A stretch of DNA of 50,916 bases. Source: Octopus bimaculoides. Taxonomy: Eukaryota. Positions 23,985 to 50,916 of this stretch are shown piece by piece (within the stretch, counting starts at the first letter, position 1; each line of letters begins with the position of its first letter). A program made the position numbers and the translations under genes. Below the pieces are notes generated by a model. It had not been told where the DNA came from, did not search any database, and saw nothing but the letters and a program-made list of their open reading frames with translations. The stretch spans positions 131,741,664 to 131,792,579 of the forward strand of contig NC_068982.1 in assembly GCF_001194135.2 (NCBI RefSeq), written 5' to 3'.

Positions 23985-24967
23985 CAGTGGCTAGCATATA
24001 AAAAAATTACCATATCGGTAAAATTAATTTTTAAGAATATAACTATAATTAAGAATGCTGGAATGCCAGTGCCTATATGCTAGAAGTAGATGTCAAATAC
24101 CTACAATCCACTCTAAATTTGTTCTCTAATAGATGGAATGTATATGTGCGAAATGCATGTATATATTGGTATCTGTATGAAGAAATTTATTGGTATGTAT
24201 ATATATATTTTTCGCTTATATACTTGTTGGTGTATCTCTACTAAGGATTGCAAATTAATCTTTATTACAGAGCATGAAATCTTAAGATATAAGATTATCC
24301 GACATTTTGTAAATCTTGCTTCTTACCTCGCATCTAACTTGGGGTTATAAATAGAGAACAAATTTAAAGTGGATTGTAAGTATTTGACATCCATTTCCAG
24401 TGTAGAGGCGCTGGCATTCCATCACCCTTAATTATAACTATATTTTCATAATTATCCACTTAAAAATTAATTTTATCAATATTGTCATTTTTTGTTTTTG
24501 TGTTAGCCACTGATATAATCATTTTAATAATTATATTCTCAATTTATAAGTATAAATAATTTTTGAGTTCTCTAGTCATTATATTATGCTGCGGTACTGT
24601 ATTTGATCCGTATGATTTCTGACATGAACCACATGGTCGAGATGGGCTAATTGATGGAATGTATATGTGGAAAATGCATGTATATATTTGGTATCTGTAT
24701 GAATAAATTTATCGGTATGTATATGTATTTTTTGCTTATATGTTTGTCAGTGTGTCTCTACCGAGGATTGCAAAGTAATCTTCATTACAGAGTATGAAAT
24801 CTTAAGATATAGGATTATCCGATATTTTGTAAATCTTCTTGCTCATTACTTTGTATTCGACCTAGGGTTATAAACAGAGAACAAATTTAGAGTGGATTGT
24901 AGGTATTCGACATCTACTTCTAGCGTACAGGCATTGGCATTCTAGCGCCCTTAATTATAATTATATT
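23985..24967. mobile_element. Foldback-type element with about 150-bp inverted arms and a partial direct duplication
   Basis: Left arm 23985-24128 (CAGTGGCTA), core 24132-24351, right arm 24352-24512 (TAGCCACTG); core plus partial arm repeated at 24653-24967. Confidence 0.8.
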
Positions 24968-25026
24968 TAAAAATATATACATATATATTCATATATGCAT
25001 ATATATACACATACATACATATGCAC

Positions 25027-25028
<2 letters not shown>

Positions 25029-25106
<78 letters not shown>

Positions 25107-25140
25107 GTAGATGGATAGATAGGTAGGTAGATTAGTAGAT
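25029..25140. repeat. (GATA)n microsatellite
   Basis: Direct reading; GGTA variants at the 3' end. Confidence 0.97.
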
Positions 25141-25301
25141 TGAAAGACAGATATATGTGTGTATTACAAATTGAGGAATTCAATATATATATTGACTTCT
25201 TTGCTATTAGGACTTATATACATAAATGCATACATACAAACACACACACATGGTCATATTTATATATACATGTATATTTATATACATGTATACACAGACA
25301 C

Positions 25302-25382
<81 letters not shown>

Positions 25383-26089
25383 TACACACACATACATATA
25401 TACACTTATATACACATATAAACTCACATAAAGGTTTTAATATCTGAATATGGAAAACGATTTATTTCTGTTCTGTAAAAACAGTCGTTCATCTACCTGA
25501 CATCAGACTGACATGCTAAAAATATATCATTTTCATTTATTGGCTCCGCGAGAGAAAATTATTTTTCCCACCCAAAACTGATTCCATAAAATAAACTATA
25601 AACAATAAAAATTGAAATTTTTTAAAAACATCACTTGTTTGGCTGCATTTCTAGAGCCATTAAGCATAGCTGCCATGAAGAATGAAGTCACCTGTACATG
25701 ACACTGCAACAGAGAGAGAGAGAGAGAATAGTTAACTCAGAGTGTGTGTGTGCACATATGATTGTTTCTTTTAGAGAGATAGTCAGCTGTGTGAGTATAT
25801 GAGTGCACGAATGAGAGAACTAGAAGGAAAGTGTAAGACAGAGAAAGAACAGGAAAAGGAAAAAAAAAAAAAAGTAATCACATTCCCGTAAATTTGACTG
25901 TAAAAACAGATGTAACTGACTGTGTAAATACTGCGATGCAAGAATGAAAAATAAAACATTCACTCAAATTTAAAGAAGAAATCTGTGCCAAACATGTGAC
26001 AATGAAGGCAAAAGCTGTGTCTCACATGTATAATCAAACTGGGGGAAAAAAACCTCACCCAAGTTCGTGACTGACTTAACAGAAGTCAC

Positions 26090-27960
26090 ATCACACGGAT
26101 ATGACTGCAATGATAAAAGCTAGCATATAAGGATGCTTGTAATATCAAGAGATATCACATAGGTAAGACAGCCATGTCCATAAACATCATATAAGTAAGA
26201 GTGTTTTTTCAATAGACATTATATAAGACTACCATATCCATAAGCATCATAGACATTATATAAGACTGCCATATCAATATACATCATATAAATATGACTG
26301 CCATATCCAAAGACATCATACTAGAGAGATGTCAATGGTTTCCTCCAGTTATGGATTTAATGATAGTAAAAGTCTTCATACAAATAAGATTGCAATGGAA
26401 ATGCTTTCATATTGCATTTGGCATGAGTGCAGAGAGCTACTCATAAATGCAATAAAATAAAGCTTTCATACAAAGATGAGAGCAATAGTAGAGATTTCAT
26501 ACAAGTACGAAAGCAATTGTAAAAGCCTCTATACTTGTATAACTGCAATGAAAAAGTCTTCATACAAGTATGACTGCAATGAAAAAGCCTTCATACTAGT
26601 ACGACTGCAATGGAAAAAGCCTTCATACTAGTATGACTGCAATGGAAAAAGCCTTCATATTAGTATGACTGCAATAGAAAAAGCCTTCATACTAGTACGA
26701 CTGCAATGGAAAAAGCCTTCATACTAGTATGACTGCAATGGAAAAAGCCTTCATATTAGTATGACTGCAATAGAAAAAGCCTTNNNNNNNNNNNNNNNNN
26801 NNNNNNNNNNNNNNNNNNNNNNNNNNNNNNNNNNNNNNNNNNNNNNTGAAAAAGCCTTCATACTAGTACGACTGCAATGGAAAAAGCCTTCATACTAGTA
26901 TGACTGCAATGGAAAAAGCCTTCATATTAGTATGACTGCAATAGAAAAAGCCTTTATACTAGTATGACTGCAATAGAAAAAGCCTTCATACTGGTATGAC
27001 TGCAATGGAAGATGCCTTCATATAAGTATGACTAAATTGAAAAATGCCTTCATACAAGTATGACTGCACTTTTAAAAGTCTTCATACAAGTATGACTGCA
27101 ATGCAAAAAAACCTTCACAAAGGTATAAGAGAGGTAGTGGTACAATGTTGGACAATGATGATTATGCAGACTAATGGGCAGGCCTGAGTAAGACATTTTG
27201 AAGAATCTGGCAATTGTCCACACATGTAAGTTTCCCCTCTCCATGCCACCAGTGTTTATCCAAGAGAAAAGCCAACTTGGGCTGATACAGCTTGGCACTA
27301 GTGTTGTCACAGGATTGCTGTCAGAACACTAAGAGCCAAAATAGGTAGTGCAAGGCACCTTGCCTGATCTAATAATTCTGCCAATCCATCACCTTAGATT
27401 GGTACTTTTTTAATTGATTCTGAAAGGATGAAAGGCAAGGTTGACCTTGGTTGGATTTGAACTCAGAGTGCAGAGAGTTAGAACAAATACTGCTGAATAT
27501 AATGCATCAAATATGAGAGGAATTATATTCAATGTCCTAATGTATCAATTTGCTATGTTATACAAGTATGAGCACAATGGAAAAAGCCTTTATACAAGTA
27601 TGGCTGCAATACGAAAAGCCTTCATGCAAGTATGACTAAATGGAAAGACTTCATACGAGTATGACTGCAGTGGAAAAGCCTTCATACAGATAGGACCACA
27701 ATGGAAGAAGCCTTCATACAAGTATGACTGCAATCAAAAAAGCCTTCATACAATTATGACTGAAATTGTAAAGCTGTCATAAAAGTATGACTACAGTGAT
27801 AACAACCTTTATACAAATATGATGCAATGGCAAAAGAAGGCAATGATTGTCATACAAGTACAACTGAGCTGAAAATAGCCTTCATATGAATCTGACTGAA
27901 ATGGTGAAGGATTTCTTACAAGTATGACTGCAAGGGCAAAAACTATCATGCAGATATGAT
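26090..27960. repeat. 32-bp minisatellite (gaaaaagccttcatactagtatgactgcaatg) with a homogeneous core, divergent flanks and an insertion at about 27125-27560
   Basis: Exact 32-bp periodicity at 26581-26943; N-gap at 26784-26846. Confidence 0.93.
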
Positions 27961-28592
27961 TGCAATAGCAAAAACAAGCATTCAAGCATTACTCAAATTG
28001 CATAAGCTGTCTTGTGAATGATAGAAAACATTTGATTGTATACATTGGAAGATAAATTCATGTCATATGCGTGTAACTGTGATGGAAAATGCTATCACAA
28101 AATTGTAATAACAATGGTGTAAAAACAGACAGTTGCTCACGTGTGACTGCAATTATAAAACAGTCCAATATCTTTTGACTAGAAAGGTAAAGTATGTCAG
28201 TCACTTTTGACAGCCATGAAAAAGTGAAAAATGTTATCGGTAATGTTATCTGCAATGTAAGGAATAAGACACTTGTGAGTGTGTAACAGCAAAGGAGAAA
28301 TAAGTCACCTCTCTCTCTGATTGTAATAAAGAATACAAGTTACCTCCCTAAGAGCAGTTGACAGTGTGTAGACTTCATAAAACAGTAGAAATCAATTAAT
28401 ATAAATTTCACTTATTTAAAATAAATACCATTTCAGTTATAAAATAAAATTTCCTCTTACAAAAGTTTTTTTATAGTAATGAGCCAAATATTTACTAAAC
28501 CCACCAAATATATTCAATTTTTTTTTACAAGAAGCTAAAACAAGGAACCAAACCTAAGTACAGAGTTCTATTCACTAAAAGTCAAAGTGGTA

Positions 28593-45268
<16,676 letters not shown>

Positions 45269-45611
45269 CTGGAAAAATGAAAAGAAGGAAAATTAACTAG
45301 AAATGTAAAATTTACATAATGAAATTAAACTTGCTTATTTAGAAGCCTCAAAAATGAAACACAATTTTTGAACACTTAAAAGTAAATTTATCAAATTAGC
45401 AGCATACATTTCTTTTAAAAAGTAATAACATGTTTTAATTAAACTAATAGAAAGTTAAATGATTGTTGATACATCTGATGTTGACTTATTAGAAGGAATT
45501 GAGACTATTTCTTGAACTGCAGATAAAAACTCTCTAGACTAGAGTTATAATACACACACATGCATATCTATGTATATGTATGTATGTATCATTGTCATGT
45601 ATGTATCATGA

Positions 45612-45978
45612 GGAGGCACAATGGCTCAGTGGTTAGGGCAGCGGACTCGCGGTTTCGATTCCCAGACCGGGCCTTGTGAGTGTTTATTGAGCTAAAACAC
45701 CTAAGGCTCCACGAGGCTCCAGCAGGGGATGGTGGCGAACCCTGCTGTACTCTTCCACCATAACTTTCTCTCACTCTTACTTCCTGTTTCTGTTGTGCCT
45801 GTAATTCAAAGGGTCAGCTTTGTCACACTGTGTCACGCTGAATATCCCCAAGAACTACGTTAAAGGTACCCGTGTCTGTGGAGTGCTCAGCCACTTGCAC
45901 ATTAATTTCACGAGCAGGCTGTTCCGTTGATCAGATCAACTGGAACCCTTGGCGTCGTAAGCGACGGAGTGCCAACAT
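45612..45978 (+). mobile_element. SINE family C, second copy
   Basis: Collinear with 7574-7943, including the short head. Confidence 0.88.
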
Positions 45979-46217
45979 CATTGCTATCATCATTTTTATG
46001 TCCACTTTTCCATGCTTGCAAGGGTCAGGCAATTTTATTGAGGCAGGTTTTCTGTGGCTAGATGCCTTTGCTGTTGCCAACCCTTACCTATTTTGAAGCA
46101 AACTAATATTGCCCCATGGCCTGACATCTTTTCACAGAATATACGTTCACAACAATTACGTGATGTCAATAAAAGGAGATACAAAACATGCACATTCTCA
46201 CTCATACACACAAATTG

Positions 46218-46710
46218 TGATGGCACCTGTACCATTGGTGCACTAAGAGCACCGTCCGAACATGATCATTGCCAGAGCAGCTGCCTGGCTTCCGTGCCAG
46301 TGGCACGTAAATAGCACCATTTGAGTGTGATCATTACCAGCATCGCCTTACTGGCACTTGTGCCGCAGCTTTGTGTTTCTGACACTTGTGCCGGTGGCAC
46401 GTGAAAAGTCATTCAAGTGAGATCGTTGCCAGTGCCGCTGGACTGGCTCCTGTACAGGTGGCATGTAAAATACACCATTTTGAGTGTGGCCGTTGCCAGT
46501 ATTGCCTGACTGGCCTTCATGCTGGAGGCACCGTGCAGCACCCACTACATTCTCAGAGTGGTTGGCGTTAGGAAGGGCATCCAGCTGTACAAACTCTGCC
46601 AAATCAGATTGGAGCCTGGTGTAGCCATCTGGATCACCAGTCCTCAGTCAAATCGTCCAACCCATGCTAGCATGGAAAGCGGACAATAAATGATGATGAT
46701 AATGATGATG
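46218..46710 (+). mobile_element. RTE 3' UTR modules plus tail
   Basis: Same module order as 38980-39432. Confidence 0.85.
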
Positions 46711-47003
46711 ATATATGTATATATATANNNNNNNNNNNNNNNNNNNNNNNNNNNNNNNNNNNNNNNNNNNNNNNNNNNNNNNNNNNNNNNNNNNNNNNNN
46801 NNNNNNNNNNNNNNNNNNNNNNNNNNNNNNNNNNNNNNNNNNNNNNNNNNNNNNNNNNNNNNNNNNNNNNNNNNNNNNNNNNNNNNNNNNNNNNNNNNNN
46901 NNNNNNNNNNNNNNNNNNNNNNNNNNNNNNNNNNNNNNNNNNNNNNNNNNNNNNNNNNNNNNNNNNNNNNNNNNNNNNNNNNNNNNNNNNNNNNNNNNNN
47001 NNN

Positions 47004-47075
<72 letters not shown>

Positions 47076-48151
47076 CCTCTTTATCTTGACATCACATGAT
47101 GGTTGTAAATAAAAAAGAAAAATGTAAGAACACACACACACACACAAGGTACCCGTCCCATTAATGAAGTTTCATTCACAAAGCTTCAGTCAACCTGAGA
47201 GTACAGTAGAAAACAATTGCTCAAAGTGCCAAACAGTGGGATTGAACCTGAAACCGCATGACTGTAAAGTGAGCTCCTTAACCAGAGCTATGCCTGCACT
47301 TGCTGACATTGATGTGCCTTAGCCTATTTACTTATATAAACAGTTGCCTTGCCTAGGTACAGAGTGTTTCTGTAAGAAGCAAGAACACTGCCTAACAAAG
47401 AGTTGTTATCTTAAAATAACTACAAGAAAAGGTGAATGTTCTAGAATAATAACAAAGAAAATAACAGGAGACAATTGCAGGATGCAACATCAGTTGAAAC
47501 TTCTTATAAACGATTTTGGTGTGTCCTGTCGGTTGGAATGAGACTGGCCATTTACAAGTACCCATCACCAATTAGATATCTCATTCTAGTTATAAGACAT
47601 TCAAAGACAAGTAAAAAGTCCCTACCCCCTTCTCCATCCAAAATGTTCTGTTTCCAAGCATAAACACTAAATAGTAATTACATACAACATCATTATCATT
47701 AATTGAGCTTCTCTTAGAAACATGTTTATATTTAATTAAACACCAATGTTTGTCTGACCAAATCTCATCAATCACTCTCACTCCAATCTCCAGAGAATCT
47801 CTTTAATGCAAACAACAATTGATTATCTTTAATTATCATTCTTCTCCAGTCTACAATTTGCTTTCATAGTATATCACATGCATGCACCCCACCACAGAAC
47901 TATTCCTCTTTGGCTGCAGACACTACAAAGTCTTCCTATTGTCAATATTGCAGTTTACACAAATTCTTCAAGCTGTACTGCCACCTCCAAGATTGATTAA
48001 GTTGTTTAGTTGACAGAATTTATTTACAACACAATGATATTGGATTTCAGAAGAAGGAATACAGACTATAACTTACTTATACACAAAGGGCTGTAACAGA
48101 TTCTGAAGGAAATACTTTTAAATACTTAACTAATCTATCTCACTTTATATA

Positions 48152-49247
48152 CAGGGTGCGGTAAATAAATTGTCATCTAAATTAAGTAAAAATGAAAATA
48201 ACACTGACATCTCGTTTTGATAGATATATTTACCAAAATTACATAAAAATATCTAAAGAGTAAATTTATTCAATAAAATTGCCATTGGCTTCAACCACGG
48301 CCTCCAGATGACTTTGGAAACTCCTGCAACTTTTCTGGACAGTCTCAAGTTGGTGAATGCTGCCTTAATCCTTGCCTTCAGTTCATCTTTGGTGTTACAA
48401 GGAGTTTTGTTAGTCTCTTGCTCAACTGCACCCCACACATAATAATCAAGGGGATTGCAGTCTAGGGAGTTAGGTTGCCAGATGTTAGGGGTGATGTGGT
48501 TGTAGAAATCGTCTGAGAGCCATGACTGGGCTCTCCTGCTTGTGTGGCATGGTGCAGAGTCATGTTGCCAGACATAGGGTCTTCCAGCAGCCACTCTCTT
48601 GACCCTGGGCAGCACTACCTCCTCCAGGCACTTGATGTAGGCCTCTATGTTGAGTCTGAGGCAGTGTGCAAAGATCACTAGTGATCACACCAAACACCAT
48701 GATGTTGGCTGGATGTTTGCTTTTTATCACATTTGGTACATGTTTTGGGGACACGGCAAGCCAACGGTTGTTCTGTGTGTTCACCACCTGATCCTGGCAG
48801 AAATTTCTCTCGTCTGAGAAAAACCAAAGCATGTTTGGTCGGAGGGGATGCTTGAGTTTATTCAAAAGCTTCATAGCATGTCTTCCCCCTTGTCCTTGAT
48901 GGCTTGGTATAAAAAATTGGCCCTTTCTAATCTTGTATGATCGACTTGGAGGGACTGTTGTCAATCACGGCCTGGATCTCAACAACACATTCAGAAGTTC
49001 TTTTCTTATCATCCAACTCTTTCCGAATCCTCTGCACTCTCCTCAGATTAACACCCAAACATTTTGAAATGTTCATATTGGAGCTTCCGGCATGAATGCC
49101 AAGCAGTACAGCATGTTGTTTCCAAATTTCTGGCAGAGAGAATTGCATCATGATGCTATTTTTCTTGCAGACAGTGCCCAACTGACCCTACTATACTGTG
49201 CAAAATCAAAAACAAACAATGTGCAACAATTTACCCATCGCACCCTC
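48152..49247 (-). mobile_element. Decayed DD37D (maT-type) Tc1/mariner transposon, about 1.1 kb, with internal deletions
   Basis: WFFSDE, WQHDSAPCH and NPLDY with exactly 37 residues between the 2nd and 3rd D; TIR cagggtgcggtaaataaattgt after TA, degenerate counterpart acaatttacccatcgcaccct; transposase split over three frames. Confidence 0.88.
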
Positions 49248-49249
49248 TG

Positions 49250-50395
49250 TGTGTATGTGTGCAAGTTATGGACATATAAGAAGTGCAGCAATATCAAAAG
49301 AAGGTTAACTAGGAAGATAGTTTTTGTATGTGGCAGATGCACAGGGGCAATAAACACTGAAAATGGACAGAAAATAGCTGCCAGCACATGCTTGGGGGAA
49401 AAACTAGAAGTATTTGATAGCTTCTGTTACCTAGGTGACCAAGTAAGTAGCAGGGGTGGATGCTCTGAGAGTGTAGCTGCTAGAATAAGAATAGCCTGGG
49501 CAAACTTTAGAGTGCTCCTACCTCTACTGGTAACAAAAGGCTTCTCACGCAGACTGAAAGGTAGACTATGATGCATGTGTGCAAACAGCAATGCTATACG
49601 GCAGTGAAACATGGGCAATGACCGCTCAGAACATGCGTAGGCTTGAAAGAAATGAAGCTAGTATATTCTGCTGGATGTGCAATGTCAGTATGCATGCACA
49701 ACAGAGTGTAAGGACCCTAAGAGAAAGTTTGGACATAAGAAGCATTAGATGGGGTGTGTAAGAGAGACAACTGTGCTGGTATGGTCATGTGTTGTGTATG
49801 GATGAGGACAGCTGTGTGAAGAAGTGTCACACTCTAAAAGTGGAGGGAACCTATGGAAGAGGTAGACCCAGGAAAACATGGGATGAGGTGGTGAAGCATG
49901 ACCTTTGAATGTTAGGCCTCACAGAGGCAATGACAAACAACTGAGAACTATGGAGATATGCTGTGCTGGAGAAGACCCAGCGAGCCAAGTGAGATTGTAG
50001 CAGTGGCCTATGCCAGTGAAGCATAACTGGCCCATTTAAATTGTACCCTTCAATCGTTGGGCAATGTGCTGTGTTTGAGAAGACCTGTTGAGTCAAGTGA
50101 AATCCTTGTTGTGGCCAATGCTTGTACTGCCTGACTGGCTCCTGTGTTGGTGGCATGTCAAAAGCACCATTCGAGTGTGATCAATGCCAGTACTGCCTGG
50201 CTGGACCCTATGCTGGTGGCATGTAAAAAGCACCCACTACATTCCCACAGTGGTTGGTGTTAGGGAGGGCATCCAGCTGTAGAAACCTTGCCAGAAAAGA
50301 TTGGAGTCTGGTGCAGCCTCCTGGCTAGCCAGTCCTCAGTCAAACCATCCAACCCATGCCAGCATGGAAAGCAGATGTCAAACAATCACGACGAT
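49250..50395 (+). mobile_element. RTE LINE 3' portion (Cys-rich insert, RT thumb, C-terminus, 3' UTR modules, tail)
   Basis: CKLWTYKKCS, FCYLGD, ARIRIAW, MLYGSETW, WYGHV, GRGRPRKTW; followed by the tail family. Confidence 0.9.
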
Positions 50396-50564
50396 ATTCT
50401 TTTATTTGTTTCAGTCATTTGACTGTGGCCATGCTGGAACACAGCCTTTAGTCAAACAAATCAACCCCATAACTTATTCTTTGTAAGCCTAGTACTTATT
50501 CTATTGCTGTCTTTTGCCGAACCACTAAGTTTCAGGGACGTAAACACAACAACATCGGTTGTCA
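50396..50564 (-). mobile_element. SINE-A 3' half
   Basis: Matches the 3' halves of other SINE-A copies. Confidence 0.8.
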
Positions 50565-50569
50565 CCAGT

Positions 50570-50916
50570 GTGAAATTAACAGCGGAACTTGAAGCAATCC
50601 AGAGAAGATTCACAAAGAAGATCGTCTCTTTGCAACTGCTCAGCTACTGGGAAAGGCTGAAACAGCTAAGACTCTACTCCCTGGAGAGAAGGCAGGAGAG
50701 GTATGCAGTAATATACATCTGGAAGATCCTGGAAGGAACTGTGCCAAATTTCGGCACTGAAAGCTACACCAATGCCAGAACAGGTCGACACTGCACAGTG
50801 CCAAAGGTTCCAGCAACACCATCGCGCTTCAGGACCAGTTACTGCAACAGCCTGGGTTTCAGGGGCCCACAGCTTTTTAATATTCTACCAAAGAGCGTGA
50901 GGAACCTGCACAAAGT
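50570..50916 (+). mobile_element. CR1/L2-like LINE ORF2 C-terminal fragment, open to the window end
   Basis: LEAIQRRFTKKI..SYWERLKQLRLYSLERRQERY..IWKILEG..GPQLFNILP with no stop in about 112 codons. Confidence 0.8.

Noticed and set aside
26581-26943. 32-bp repeat as a CRISPR array
   Set aside because: Units are contiguous with no unique spacers, there are no cas genes, and the context is eukaryotic.
47295-47325. ATCAATGTCAG (INV-R) as the preceding SLC25A10 exon
   Set aside because: No GTPAD-like context upstream and no GT donor; the real exon is probably outside the window.

Overview
AT-rich, repeat-dense eukaryotic genomic DNA with 7 N-gaps. The SINE/LINE families and microsatellite load look like an octopus (coleoid cephalopod) draft assembly; this is recognition from memory, not a database result. 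The only host gene I can support is the 3' part of a mitochondrial dicarboxylate carrier (SLC25A10/DIC) on the minus strand. Six coding exons (45268-45227, 38037-37923, 34598-34506, 33664-33584, 31815-31759, 28688-28593) have canonical AG/GT borders and matching phases. They splice to MQNDIKLPHDKRRNYKHAIDGLYRVVREEGPARMFNGATMASSRAVLVTIGQLACYDQIKSSLLGTGFFSDNLVTHFSSSIMAGTIATLLTMPLDVMKTRIMNAPPGTYKNILACAIEISKNGPLGFFKGFIPAFVRLGPHTVFTFIFLEQIRMNFGDDV*. The 5' exons lie beyond the window end. The rest is a nested mosaic of tRNA-derived SINEs (my labels A-D), decayed RTE, R4/Dong-like and CR1/L2-like LINEs, a DD37D (maT) transposon, several MITEs, a 32-bp minisatellite and microsatellites. Most ORF-track entries are spurious. 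I found no CRISPR array, prokaryotic system or intact autonomous element. The most interesting observations are a degenerate type I hammerhead ribozyme at the end of a probable Penelope-like remnant, apparent tail-dependent target-site preference of SINE-B subfamilies, telomeric repeats patched into a broken SINE, a higher-order-repeat minisatellite downstream of the stop codon, and a CpG-rich LTR-like/promoter-like island.
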